From contig CAVSHO010000009.1 in assembly GCA_963727825.1 (NCBI GenBank), positions 512,001-576,000 on the forward strand: DNA of 64,000 nt, written 5' to 3'. Below, in pieces: positions 9,677 through 20,740 of this stretch. This DNA is from Ignavibacteriota bacterium. Lineage in GTDB: Bacteria; Bacteroidota; Ignavibacteria; UBA10030. Each line of letters starts with the position of its first letter. Position 1 is the stretch's first letter. The notes beneath the pieces are model-generated. The model had not been told where the DNA came from and searched no databases. It saw only the letters and a list, made by a program, of their open reading frames with translations. The position numbers and the translations under genes are program-made.

Positions 9677-12205
9677 CTATTTTCTAGTCTTATTATTACC
9701 TTTTTTACTTTTCACTATAATCATTGTCACATCATCATGCTGTTCGGCGGAACCGCGAAACTTTTCAACTTTTGTCAGAATTGCATGCTGGATACTTTCT
9801 GCAGACAGATGCCGCTTCACTTTCAACAAATCAACTATAGATTCTTCGCCTAATTGTTGTTTTTCCTCGTTCATCGCCTCAGTAACGCCATCCGTATAGA
9901 AGAGAAATAGGCTATCCGGTTTGATTGGAATCCGTATTTCTTCTATTGCGTCTTCGAACACCGGACCGCGCTCCAATCCTAATCCAATACCGCCGCCTTC
10001 AAGGAATCTAATTCTTCCGTTCAAGTTAAAAAGCGCCTTATTATGTCCAGCTCGGCAAATGCGCACTTCTTTCTTCTTCATGTCGAATAGCGCAAGAATC
10101 ATTGTGATGAATGATCTGCGATCCATGCCGTCGAAAATACGCCGATTAATATTTATAAGCATTTCTTTCGGAGTTTTGTAAATATGCGCCGCAAGCTGGA
10201 CCATTCCCTGGACCTTCGACATATACAAAGCGGCAGACATTCCTTTGCCGGAGACATCTGCTACTACAGCAAGAATTTTATTTGCGTCCAATTGAATGAA
10301 ATCATAGTAGTCGCCGCCAACGCTCAACGCAGGCACTGACACACCAGAAATATCGAGACTGGAAACCTTTGGATTCGCCTTTGGAAATAGGCCCTGTTGA
10401 ATTTTCCGTGCGAGATCCAGCTCTTCTTTAACACGTTGCTGATCTATTTCCGATTTATGCAAGCGCGAGTTTTCGATAGCAATTGCCGCTTGACCTGCAA
10501 CGGTTGCCAGCAAGTTAATATCTTCCTGAGAATAGACCTTACCGGACATTTTTGGCCCAACGTTTATAAATCCTACTAATCGATCCTGCAGAAACATCGG
10601 CACAGCTAGTACAATACCTGAGCGCAGCAACTTTTCCTTTTCTTCATCCTTTAAATCTGTAACGTCATATTCATCGCCAAGCAAATGAAGATCCACCGGT
10701 TTACGTGTTTTCTGCAGGAGCGCCATTAGCGTATAGTCGCCATCGCTAAATACACAATCTGCTTGATCCAGATTCTGTGAAGCCAAATTGCATCCTTCCT
10801 TCTCTCCACAAATAAATACAAATATTTTTTCAATATGCATTGTTGAAGAGAGTCGCGAGACAATTGAATTAAGAATGTGTTCCGTTTCCATCAAGCGTGG
10901 AAGCTCCTGTGTAAATTCCAACAACGCTTGTTGGTAATCGTACCGTTCATGGAAAAATATTCGGTCGATCCCGTTCTGAAAACGCTGCTTGATTGGATCA
11001 AACACAAAAGCGACAACAATAAGCGACGCAACAATGAATAATTGATTATTCTGCACACCAAAAAAGTAATTTACAAGTGTACCAATTCCATAGACGGAGA
11101 CCAGATAGATAGCCGCCAATGCTGCTGTAATAGTTCCATAAATCAAACTACGGCGAATAACAACATCCACATCCATCAATCTGTGCCGAAAGATTGCATA
11201 GCCAAAGAACACTGGCACTACCACAAGCAATAAGACCGGAAAAAGAATTGGTGGATTCAGAAATGCAGCAATAGGATTAATAGTCTGGAGGATAATCGCA
11301 TATGCAAAAATTAGCAAACAAATAGCTACCCCGATAAGCACGGGGCGAAGTTGTGCCCGCTGTTTATATGGTACGGAACTGAAATAACTATGAATAAAGA
11401 TTCCAAACCCAGTAAAGAAAAATCCATAACGGGAAAAGAAGGCAACATTGATCAACCACCGATTATCGATTCCTCTATTAGCTTTCCAAATGATAACTGT
11501 AAAGAGCAGACTTATAAGATAAAGTACAACTGCAAGTGTGATACTTTTGTGTCCTTTTCGTTTTACGGGAAAAAAAAGAAAAAAACGTACAAACAACGGT
11601 GGTCCAAAGATTGAAGCTGCAAGAAATGAGCCCCCCAAAAGTATCAATTGCCAGCGGGGATCTGTTTGAAGATTCTGATTCAATATAGAAAGTCCGAAGA
11701 ACAACATCGCAAGTATGCTAAAACGCGCAAACATACGCTGGATATTCCCTTGCGGTTTTGCCATCACCACAACATAACCGACAAGAAGGAAACCAAGCCC
11801 AAAAAGGAATTGTGCTAAAAATGGTAGGTTTATCAAATTGAGAATCAGAACACGTGCATCGAATTGCGCGCCATTTCGTTCTAAAGTGTACGTGACATAC
11901 GAACCCACTTTTGCATTGATCATTGCTTGAGCATCTAAGTCTTTGGTAAAATTTTTCCCGTCAACTCTTATCAGAATATCACCGTCCTTGATCCCCGCCT
12001 GTTGCGTAACACCGCCGCTTACAATATCTGTAATTAATAAACGGGACTCGCCTTTCGCCACCCAGCGGCATTGATCATTCCCGGTGAGTCGCTCGAACAT
12101 CAGAACTGAAAAATTGATTAGGCAAACACCAAGCACTACAATCGCTATCAGTGTATAGAGAATTCTGATAGATCTTGCTGATAAATTAGAAAATGGATTT
12201 ATCAT
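9677..12205 (-). CDS. Membrane-bound PP2C/SpoIIE (RsbU-like) phosphatase with PDZ and GAF domains
   Basis: PDZ-like segment (AGIKDGDILIRVDG), about 8 further TMs, GAF, then VGGDYYD, VADVSGKG, YTDGVTEA and QHDDVT. Confidence 0.88.
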   Translation of the reverse strand: MINPFSNLSARSIRILYTLIAIVVLGVCLINFSVLMFERLTGNDQCRWVAKGESRLLITDIVSGGVTQQAGIKDGDILIRVDGKNFTKDLDAQAMINAKVGSYVTYTLERNGAQFDARVLILNLINLPFLAQFLFGLGFLLVGYVVVMAKPQGNIQRMFARFSILAMLFFGLSILNQNLQTDPRWQLILLGGSFLAASIFGPPLFVRFFLFFPVKRKGHKSITLAVVLYLISLLFTVIIWKANRGIDNRWLINVAFFSRYGFFFTGFGIFIHSYFSSVPYKQRAQLRPVLIGVAICLLIFAYAIILQTINPIAAFLNPPILFPVLLLVVVPVFFGYAIFRHRLMDVDVVIRRSLIYGTITAALAAIYLVSVYGIGTLVNYFFGVQNNQLFIVASLIVVAFVFDPIKQRFQNGIDRIFFHERYDYQQALLEFTQELPRLMETEHILNSIVSRLSSTMHIEKIFVFICGEKEGCNLASQNLDQADCVFSDGDYTLMALLQKTRKPVDLHLLGDEYDVTDLKDEEKEKLLRSGIVLAVPMFLQDRLVGFINVGPKMSGKVYSQEDINLLATVAGQAAIAIENSRLHKSEIDQQRVKEELDLARKIQQGLFPKANPKVSSLDISGVSVPALSVGGDYYDFIQLDANKILAVVADVSGKGMSAALYMSKVQGMVQLAAHIYKTPKEMLININRRIFDGMDRRSFITMILALFDMKKKEVRICRAGHNKALFNLNGRIRFLEGGGIGLGLERGPVFEDAIEEIRIPIKPDSLFLFYTDGVTEAMNEEKQQLGEESIVDLLKVKRHLSAESIQHAILTKVEKFRGSAEQHDDVTMIIVKSKKGNNKTRK

Positions 12206-12328
12206 TGTTGATCCTGAGCAAAGTCTATAAATACATGCTATTTAAAGATACGGCAGAGCGGAGTAACAAGTTACTCATGCTTCGGCAAGAAAAACACAGA
12301 GTTAATTAAACATAACGTCCAATATATT

Positions 12329-15136
12329 TTAATTCCTCACGACTCCAAAAATCGGGTAGCCTATGCTGAAATATAAGACAAAAGGCCCAAAGCTCACCGG
12401 ATGATGCAACAAATCAGTTCGGAGATAGAAACTTCGACCCAAAGAAAAATCAGCAGGGCCAATCGGCGTATCTAACCCGAGAGTAATGCCAATGCCATGC
12501 TTAAAATCTTCTAAGCGCATTTCTTCTGTTTTTAACCACACCGCCCCCAAATCGTAGCGCGCTTTAAAGTAGGTATCGAAAAAGATCGAAAATGGAAGCT
12601 TGTACTGGTATTCCAAACTCGCTACCATTAACTGCCTGCCGCGCGCATTGTCTTCACGAAATCCAAAGAAATTTTCCTGCCCGCCAAGCGAGAACTCTTC
12701 GCTGATAGGCAGGGTCTCATCCGCAACACCAATCATAAACTTTGGATGAAGAGTAAGATTCTCGACGATGGTTTGATATCTTTCATATGAGAAAAACATT
12801 TTTGTAAATCCCACAGCATTTACCAATTTTATTAATGCCGATTCGTATGAAAAATTAATAACGATGCCATCTGTAGGGAATGGCAATTTATCTTGGGTAT
12901 CTATATTAGTTCCAAATCGGATAGATGAAATGTTGTATTCTTGATTTGCAAAAGGTTGATTGTCAACTTCAAACGCCTGATTGTAAATGTCATACACCCT
13001 GTGATGTTCTAATTTTCCTTCAATCGTAACACTTCCTAACCGTTCGAGTTGTGTTCCAAAGCTCGCTGAGCCGCCTTCACGCACCTCCCGATATTCTCCA
13101 ACTATTTCCCGTTCAAACAAATATGGATCGCTTGACGGCACATCATCATAAACATTCACATCTCGGCTGAGAGAATACACTTTAAGACCAAATGTCAAAT
13201 AGGAATTAAAGATTCGGGTCGCTTTCAATTCTCCAAGATAGGTCTGGTTATTAGTGCCTCCGCCAATTAGCAAGCCGAGTTCGGCGCCAGCCCCGAATAA
13301 ATTTTCATTCCGAATATCAATCGATGGTTGGATATTGCGTTCATTATCTATTCGCAAACCGAAGCGAATCAATTCCGTACTTCGCTCTCGCGCTTTGATA
13401 GTAGCTATATTGAGTTTTCCAGTGCTGTCTTCATAATGAGTAGTAACAAGTATCTGCTCAAAAAGACTGGTGCCATAGAGATTTGAGATTCCAGCGGCAA
13501 CTTTAGAAATATTGAAAAGACTCTGATTTTTAAACGGCAGTTCCCGCCAAATAATCCAATCGCGAGACTTCTTTGTGCCGACAATATCAATACGATATAT
13601 TGTACCTTCGTCAAGTGTTACCGTCGCTGTAGCGGATAAAGAATCGAGTTGTATATCAGTTACATGGGCAAGGGAATAGCCTGCAGTGCGGTAAATTGCG
13701 AGCAACCGTTCAATAGCTCGCTCTATCAACTGCGTGTTTATATATTTGCCGAGCAGTGGTTGAAACACAGTAAGCAGTGTGTCGGAACTAAAAACCTGAT
13801 TACCCAAGATTTTTACGTTATGAAGAATTGGATTATGTACGCTGCGGATTTTAATTATTGTAGAGTCGGCGTACTGTTCTACAATTCCATCCATAGAAGC
13901 GTACTCACCTCTGCTGTACAAATCGTTCATGAAACAGTGTAAGTCCATTTCTGTTATCCAACCGCGCGTCTCGTACATTTGAAGACTATCTTGAAATGCC
14001 GGCGGCAATGAGTCTGAGCAAGAAAACCGAGGCGACTTGTACCGCACGGTACTATCTGCGCGATACAACTTGAGAGTGCGATCATCTATAAGTTTCTTCA
14101 AAGCGGGAATTATTTTTTCGGCAGAAAATTCTCCAGCAGTAATCAACGAATCGGTACCGGTAAAATCAGAAGCCAGATGATCACCTAATCTCGGTGTAAT
14201 AACAATATCTGCTTTGGCTCGTGCAAGCTTATTTGCTTCTTGCATCATAATCGTTGTAATCTGATCTGCAACTTCCCAAGGCGCATTGAGTTTGCCCTTT
14301 GGCCTTAGCGAACTTGCCATATCAACAGCAATAATAATATCTGCTTTTTCCGCAATGGCAACATCTACTGGAAGATTATCTACTAAGCCTCCGTCAAGAA
14401 GCTGCATAGAATCGCGCGGCACACTGCTGAATATCAATGGTACTGACATGCTGGCACGCAATGCTTCCGTCATATCACCGCGATCTATCACGATCCTTTT
14501 TCCTGTGACAAGATCTGTGGTAACAGCACGGAATGGAATACGAAGATCGTCAAAACTAGGATTGGGATGGTAAAGTCCCTGCAGTGTAAGGAGGTTGAGA
14601 TAATTTGATAATCGTCGTCCTGTAGAAAACGCTTGTGGAATAACTGGCTCCAGACCTTCAAATCGCAAAACAAGAACGCTTTTATCGCGCGCAATTTTTT
14701 GATCAAGAAAGAGATCGCGGCGTTTCGATTCGTCACTATAACTTAGAAGATCGTCCCAATTTGTCGTATCTACTAAACGTTGAAGTTGATCGGTTGAATA
14801 TCCCATCGCGTATAAACCGCCTATTACACTGCCTATACTCGTGCCGACAATCAGATCGGCAGGGATATTGTTGTGTTCTAAAACTCGAATTACACCAATA
14901 GCTGCGATGCCGCGTGCGCCGCCGCCGCTAAGCACTAGTGCAATGCGCGGCCGCCGTACCAATTGGATAGGATTCAATTTAGGATATCGTGATTTAACTT
15001 CACGAATATCCGGCTTGATAAGGGTTATGCGAGTCTGCGGCGAGGTAATGTCTTGCGCGCGCGCCAATAATGGCACAACAGCGAACAAAATTATGATTAT
15101 TCTAGATATTTTTTGACGCACAGAGATAGGTACCAA
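12329..15136 (-). CDS. Patatin-like phospholipase fused to POTRA domains and an Omp85/BamA-type barrel
   Basis: Signal peptide; LSGGGARG, GTSIG, DGG; POTRA-like middle region; FSLGG..FFGF and LDTPIGP barrel motifs. Confidence 0.88.
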   Translation of the reverse strand: MVPISVRQKISRIIIILFAVVPLLARAQDITSPQTRITLIKPDIREVKSRYPKLNPIQLVRRPRIALVLSGGGARGIAAIGVIRVLEHNNIPADLIVGTSIGSVIGGLYAMGYSTDQLQRLVDTTNWDDLLSYSDESKRRDLFLDQKIARDKSVLVLRFEGLEPVIPQAFSTGRRLSNYLNLLTLQGLYHPNPSFDDLRIPFRAVTTDLVTGKRIVIDRGDMTEALRASMSVPLIFSSVPRDSMQLLDGGLVDNLPVDVAIAEKADIIIAVDMASSLRPKGKLNAPWEVADQITTIMMQEANKLARAKADIVITPRLGDHLASDFTGTDSLITAGEFSAEKIIPALKKLIDDRTLKLYRADSTVRYKSPRFSCSDSLPPAFQDSLQMYETRGWITEMDLHCFMNDLYSRGEYASMDGIVEQYADSTIIKIRSVHNPILHNVKILGNQVFSSDTLLTVFQPLLGKYINTQLIERAIERLLAIYRTAGYSLAHVTDIQLDSLSATATVTLDEGTIYRIDIVGTKKSRDWIIWRELPFKNQSLFNISKVAAGISNLYGTSLFEQILVTTHYEDSTGKLNIATIKARERSTELIRFGLRIDNERNIQPSIDIRNENLFGAGAELGLLIGGGTNNQTYLGELKATRIFNSYLTFGLKVYSLSRDVNVYDDVPSSDPYLFEREIVGEYREVREGGSASFGTQLERLGSVTIEGKLEHHRVYDIYNQAFEVDNQPFANQEYNISSIRFGTNIDTQDKLPFPTDGIVINFSYESALIKLVNAVGFTKMFFSYERYQTIVENLTLHPKFMIGVADETLPISEEFSLGGQENFFGFREDNARGRQLMVASLEYQYKLPFSIFFDTYFKARYDLGAVWLKTEEMRLEDFKHGIGITLGLDTPIGPADFSLGRSFYLRTDLLHHPVSFGPFVLYFSIGYPIFGVVRN

Positions 15137-15268
15137 ATATTTTTCTATAAAAGAGTACCAAAAAATACGTCGAATTGCAACGGCACTTTGTATGAAAAGT
15201 AGAAGGATGAAGGATTAGTGAGCAGGCGTGAAACAATCTCAGAGGGAGAATACTTAGGTTTTCTTACT

Positions 15269-15469
15269 TTACATTGCTCTATGTCCCTGAAGTACTCTGG
15301 TTGGCAGCATTATTAAAGCTTTAAGAAAAGCGAATAATCCGTTTACAGTTATACCGATTAATCGGAATGGCAAAGTTAGAAGCCAAACGAATGGATACAA
15401 CACCAACGCAATCAGTGCTAATGGCCAGCAAAAAATAAATAATATAATCCAGATTAGAAATGTAAACAT
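15269..15469 (-). CDS. Small membrane protein
   Basis: 66-aa hydrophobic ORF with GGAGGG RBS upstream. Confidence 0.65.
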   Translation of the reverse strand: MFTFLIWIILFIFCWPLALIALVLYPFVWLLTLPFRLIGITVNGLFAFLKALIMLPTRVLQGHRAM

Positions 15470-15697
15470 TGTATCCCTCCGTATCTTCCTATTTCTTTAC
15501 GATGATAAGCACTATTAAGTTGCGTCTGGTAAATCTTTTTCCATTACGGACAATTTAGCATTGTCCAATATATGCGTATTCATGAGGAGATAGAATTTAT
15601 CTTAGGTAATTTACGGACATCTGATTGTTAATGGATGAAACAATTTCCTTGTTGTGTATTGCTCAGGTAGAAGAACTCTATTAATAATTAAGAGTGT

Positions 15698-16036
15698 TTA
15701 GCTGCTTAGGTAGGTAATAGAAGTTTTTCCTGCTTGCGGCGAAGAAGGTATTTTAACCATTGTGGATTTTTCAGTTGTCAGCTGAAATACGTTAGCCGAT
15801 TTCACTTCTTTTGAATCCACGACAACTAGGATATTTCCAGTCCCTCTTAGGTTCATGGTAAGAGAATTTACCTCTTCTTTTCTGATGATGATATTTGATT
15901 TCCTTATTTCGAGGGAAATCGAAGGGATGACGGTTGCTGTGACAGTTGCTGTTGCTCTAATCTGTGCATGTACTTTTTGTGGCGTTGCTCCAAGAATTAT
16001 TATAACTACACTTACTATAATTATGATCGTTCTCAT
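15698..16036 (-). CDS. Small secreted protein with pilin-donor-strand-like N-terminus
   Basis: Signal peptide ending VHA, then QIRATATVTATVI; lies just downstream of the usher-like gene. Confidence 0.6.
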   Translation of the reverse strand: MRTIIIIVSVVIIILGATPQKVHAQIRATATVTATVIPSISLEIRKSNIIIRKEEVNSLTMNLRGTGNILVVVDSKEVKSANVFQLTTEKSTMVKIPSSPQAGKTSITYLSS

Positions 16037-16048
16037 ATTGCACAAAAA

Positions 16049-16064
16049 TGCGAGAACGATGCCA
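16049..16064 (-). promoter_or_regulatory. Candidate sigma54 (-24/-12) promoter
   Basis: Minus strand TGGCATCGTTCTCGCA has GG-N10-GC spacing, but would give a near-leaderless transcript. Confidence 0.3.
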
Positions 16065-16192
16065 AAAAATTATTTTACATATCTAAAATGCCTTATCCTT
16101 AACAGTATATATATCAAAGAATTACAGCGGGCTGAAAATCACCAGAAATGATTTTGCCAACAACTCATTGGTAATTTCTACAATAGCACAAT

Positions 16193-19100
16193 CTACTTAT
16201 TCGTGTGGAATCTGCGGAGGATAGCGAGGACTTCCTCTGCGTTTGAAAAGACTCCAATACGCACTGCGTATTTCGATTTTCCATTTGCAACAATTTCCTC
16301 CACCATCGTCTTGATTTCCAAATCTTGTTTGAACTTCCTTGCTTCAATTCGTGCACGCTGCTCTGTATCCCAAGAAGAGATATGAATTTTAAAGCCTTTC
16401 TGTTTTTCATACGTGCAGATTCCAATACGCACTGCATATTTTAATTTTCCTTTTACAACAACTTTCTCAACCATGGGTTTGATTTTCAAATTTTGTTCGA
16501 ACTTCTTTGCTTCGTCGCGCGCACGTTGCTCTGTACCCCAGGAAGAAATTTGAATTTCAAAACATTCTGGTTTTTCTTGTGTTACAATTTTCTGTTGAGG
16601 TACAATTTCGTGTTTTTGTTCAGGTGCGGTAATGGTAACGATGCGCTGTGGCTTGACGGTGTCTCTTTGTACCTGAACAGCTTTCTCTGATGGACGTTTC
16701 TTTAAGACGAAATTCATCCCCTCGACATAGTCTCCATTCGCCGTAATCTTCACTTCGAATGAGCGAATTGGAGGATCACAAGAAGCACCTAAAATGCTTA
16801 GTTGCGTTGAATCTACATAGGCAATATATTTACCCGGAGGAATACCCATTTCGTAGAAAGAGCCATCTGAAAATACGCGAATGTCTTTGTGATATTTCTC
16901 GTTGATTAACTTAATGTGGATTTCAATGCCCGGAACGGCTTCCTGCTTAGTGCCAATCTGCATTAATATCGAGCCCTCTAGCACACCTGTTGCATAAAAA
17001 GGAACATCGATCGGCTTGTAAATATTCGGTTCTGAGATCGCAGAGAAGGCATACGCTTTCGGCATCCAGAGCGGATTTGAGATCGATGATCCAACGATAT
17101 CAATATTATAGCGCGTGTAGGGCAACAACCGGCGTACCCGTGTTATGCCTGAGTCTCCAAAATCAATAACTGCCGCCTGTTCCAAGTTAAAGGCTACATC
17201 ATCAATTGTTTGCTCCCCAGGATCAAAAACTCCATTGCCATTTTTGTCAACGAACATGTGCATTGTGAGAGCAGATAGTCCGACTGATGCCAGGTTATGA
17301 TATTGGAAGGTCTTCTCTTGGCTGTCATACCCGACGGTTCCACTCACATTTTGTATGATAGTTGCATCATCGGCGTCTAAAGATGCGGTTGTCGTTGAGC
17401 GTGCAAACGGAAATTCATATACGAATTGTAAACTTGCCAGGTATTGATTTTGAACGAAGTTACGTGATGTACGAAAATTGTACCCTTCCCGATGAAGTGA
17501 CATTGCTGGAGAGATCAAGCCGTAATTCGGCAGCTTTTTTTTGTTCAAGATTGTATGTGAAAGAAGAACCGACCAGTATGTTCGTCATTAAAGAGAGTAG
17601 CTTCCTGTTTGGGCTGAGCGAATATAGAATCGATGAAGAGAGAATCGGTTCACGTGTTGTAGGTGTGAAATCTGATGTTGATTCCGAATAGCTGTACGCT
17701 ACTGTTCCATTGATCTGATTATACGATGCAGTCGCCCCTGTTGTCATTAATGTTGTCGCACTGTGTACATAATTTTGTCGATTAGCTAAAAACTGATACG
17801 TGATAAGCGCTGAAGAGAGCTTCAACGGAAGAGACATCGTCGTCTGTGCCTCCGTTAGGATGTGCGATGGATTGTAGTATTCATTTTCTTCATGCCTTGT
17901 GATAGAAAGTTCTACCGAAGCTTGCGAAGCGTACACCGCGCTCAGATCTGCGCGATACAATGCTCCCGGAGCGGCATCAATGGTAAAAATATAATTCTTA
18001 TCCAACCACGAAGAAAGCGAAAGAGAACTAATGGGTTTTGCAGAGAGCGTATCGTCAATATATTCTATACCGGCTGTCGCGGTTAGCCAGGAAGTGAGTC
18101 CTGCCATCACTGATGCTTGTGCGAAATGATCATTGTTTGCACGCAATTCCCCTGCGTTTATAGTATAATTGACTTCGCCCTCAGGAATAAATGAAAACGG
18201 AATTTGTATTCGTTGCCGGTCTTCGACCACTTCACCTGTCGGCCCATAGATACGCAAACTATAATATGTAGTCCCATAAGTTAACGGAACAGCGAAACGA
18301 TAATTGCCCAATTCATCCGCCTTGGTGAACACCGACAAGCCTTTCGTTGAGATAAAGTTCCACCGTCCATTGCGGAAATGTTTTTTGCTCGATCACGTAT
18401 GACTGAAACATTGTTCGTGTCTGCACTGGTTCATTCGATACCTGAATTCCTTTGAAACTACGTAAGAAAATGCCCGATGTATTTTCATAACCTGTGTTGA
18501 CATTTGTAATGAAAGGATTATCATCGATCACATACTTCCATTGCCCTTCCATGGTCCCCGATGACGGCAAGGAAGTAGAATAACCGCCGTTTGCAGTTAA
18601 TTCTAAATCGCCGCCTGCAACAATTCCCCCGCCTTGCAGATTATAGCCAAAACTTTTGTAATTTTTTGACGTTGATGCCGATAAAGAATAATCGAGGAAT
18701 CCGCCATTGAAGAGATCTTTTTCCCGGGGGTACAGAAGTGGATACTCTGCTTTTGTAGAGTTCTGCCTTTCGATTATACTTTGCTGCAGCTCCCGATTTC
18801 TCTCGGCAATAATTGGCAGTTCTTCGTCCGTTTCCAGCCATAATGATAAATGTGCCATATCTACAACGAAACGAAGTCCAAACAGACGCTCTAACACACT
18901 TGGCGTCACATAAATATCAAATGTGGAACTTATGAATTCATCAGGCCGAAGGATGAACGTTACTGTGTCTACGCTCGCCTTTCCTGTACGAAAATTGATT
19001 TCGTATTTGCGTGATTCTGTGATATAAAAACCATTCATGCTGTCTAACATTTTGTTGAATTTGTAGTTAATCTTCAAGAGACGAAAAATCTCACTCATTG

Positions 19101-19272
19101 GTAAATACGTAGTAGGTTCAACGTAGATAGCTGTGACAACCGTATTTACTAATCCTAACGAATAACTAAAGTTTAAATAGACTTCTTGAGATAGGGAGTC
19201 ACTAGATGCGTGAGATTGTGCGCAGAGTGGCTGCGCAAAAAAGAAAATGAGAGTTATTATGAATAACGGCAT
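16193..19272 (-). CDS. Usher-like outer-membrane pilus assembly protein with C-terminal Ig-like and tandem SPOR-like domains (split by two 1-bp frameshifts)
   Basis: Three track ORFs join if one extra base is removed near 18331 (LVG-FTKADELGNY) and near 17468 (QFSY-SRNFVQ). Signal peptide MPLFIITLIFFFAQPLCA; GGFLDYSL; TVELYLNERL..VPLTYG..LRIYGPTGE plug-like segment; FVDKNGNGVFDPGE. Confidence 0.72.
16253..16562 (-). repeat. Intragenic tandem duplication (168-bp period) encoding two SPOR-like units
   Basis: FEIQISSWGTEQRARDEAKKF..KYAVRIG versus FKIHISSWDTEQRARIEARKF..KYAVRIG; tccaatacgcactgc occurs at 16253 and 16421. Confidence 0.85.
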
Positions 19273-19451
19273 TATCTGATTGCGCTTTTCATAAGTGGTC
19301 GAACGCTGGGAATCAGCGACCATCACACGGTGACAAAGCGCAATGTGGCTTGACATCGAACGATAATGGTTTGCTGCGATGGCATAACGCGTTCTTTGTG
19401 GTAGGTAATCATAAAAACTTTCTATGATCTCTGCGGCTAATCGCCTTTCGC

Positions 19452-20270
19452 TCACTTTATCGTGAATGCAAACCTATTAACAATGGGTGACAATTGTATG
19501 AAGTTCTCAGACGCGATGTCGTTTCTTTCTGTGACAAACTTTATTTCCGCCGTATATTTTCCCGGCTTTAGCGTGTTTCGATCGAATGTTGCTTTTTTAT
19601 TCATCGTTACATAGATACTAAGTGTCTCAATGGTTTCATCAACGACATTTCCGATTTCATCGAAGACCTTAACATTTGCAGTTCCGAAATAAGGTGTATT
19701 TCCTTTTTTCACTGTCTTCCAGATAAGCCGCACGCTTGCAGAATCCTCCACGATATACGGATCTGCGATTTCGAGGCTCATATTGAGCGCTCCTTTGGTA
19801 TAAAGAACTGTAGTAACCTGCTCGAATACAAAGTTAAGCTGTGTTGTGATTCCTGTGCGCACCGTGTCGATGCGCTTTGTTTGCGGTTGAGCGCTGGTGA
19901 CGATACGGGACCAATACATTCCATCCGATAAATTTCCCGGAGGCTGTGCATTTAGCCGAACAATTTGTTGAGAACCCGAGGGGAGAACAAATTTACGAGG
20001 AAATCCTTTGATCCAGCCAGCCAGAGAGTGCTGAGCCTCTGCAATAGTGTCGTTATATTGCATCGACATATTACCGATGGAATCCGATACAGGATAACCG
20101 AAAATGAACTTAATCGAGACTTCCTGTGTCTCGGCGGTTTTGTTTTCAACTGTAAATGTACCAAAGCGATTAGTTGAATTTATAAACAATGCCGGCGGCG
20201 AAACAGAAACTTGCGCTCGTGCGTTAGCCATGAACAGTGCGAGCAGGAGATAAAAATAAAATGTGCGCAT
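19452..20270 (-). CDS. Periplasmic fimbrial chaperone (PapD-like)
   Basis: Signal peptide; VSVSPPALFI, FTVEN, WIKGFPRKFVLPSGSQQIVRL, YWSRI, GNTPY motifs. Confidence 0.75.
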   Translation of the reverse strand: MRTFYFYLLLALFMANARAQVSVSPPALFINSTNRFGTFTVENKTAETQEVSIKFIFGYPVSDSIGNMSMQYNDTIAEAQHSLAGWIKGFPRKFVLPSGSQQIVRLNAQPPGNLSDGMYWSRIVTSAQPQTKRIDTVRTGITTQLNFVFEQVTTVLYTKGALNMSLEIADPYIVEDSASVRLIWKTVKKGNTPYFGTANVKVFDEIGNVVDETIETLSIYVTMNKKATFDRNTLKPGKYTAEIKFVTERNDIASENFIQLSPIVNRFAFTIK

Positions 20271-20272
20271 AA

Positions 20273-20740
20273 TTAATTCTTTGGAATTGTGTGAACAGTG
20301 AGTGTTATACTGCCGGAATATTTACAGGCGCGCTGTGATTTGGAAGGATGTAGGGCGCCGCCGATCCAAATATAGACGGTCTGATTTTGTTTCAGTGGCA
20401 ATACCAATGGTTGCCGCGGATCGAACGATGTGCGGGAAGACACGTTATCTATTATGGACCATCCGGCGCTTCTTTCATTGAAACTTACAGGAATTTTCTC
20501 CGGTCCATCCGTGTTGGTGAAAAAGCTGGGAAGCATTATGGTAATAGTTGCATTTGTTTCAATTTTCGATTGAATTTGAAATTTCGCCGCTCCGACATCT
20601 GATTGATCAAGACGTTTTTCCCTTCCACCGAAATCCGTTCCGAACGAAATATCGTTTAACTTGACGACTATCAGGTCAGGCTGACAATAAAGCACTGCAC
20701 TTTGAAGCATTAAGAGAAATATAATGCAAAATGGTTTCAC
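20273..20740 (-). CDS. DUF4402-like pilus subunit lacking the N-terminal extension (possible tip subunit)
   Basis: Signal peptide; NDISFG; C-terminal VYIWIGGAL..Q...YSGSITLTV shared with the two neighbouring subunits. Confidence 0.68.
   Translation of the reverse strand: MKPFCIIFLLMLQSAVLYCQPDLIVVKLNDISFGTDFGGREKRLDQSDVGAAKFQIQSKIETNATITIMLPSFFTNTDGPEKIPVSFNERSAGWSIIDNVSSRTSFDPRQPLVLPLKQNQTVYIWIGGALHPSKSQRACKYSGSITLTVHTIPKN

Noticed and set aside
19273-19455. 61-aa N-terminal extension of the usher ORF in the track
   Set aside because: A clear signal peptide begins at the ATG at 19272, so the extension is probably not translated.
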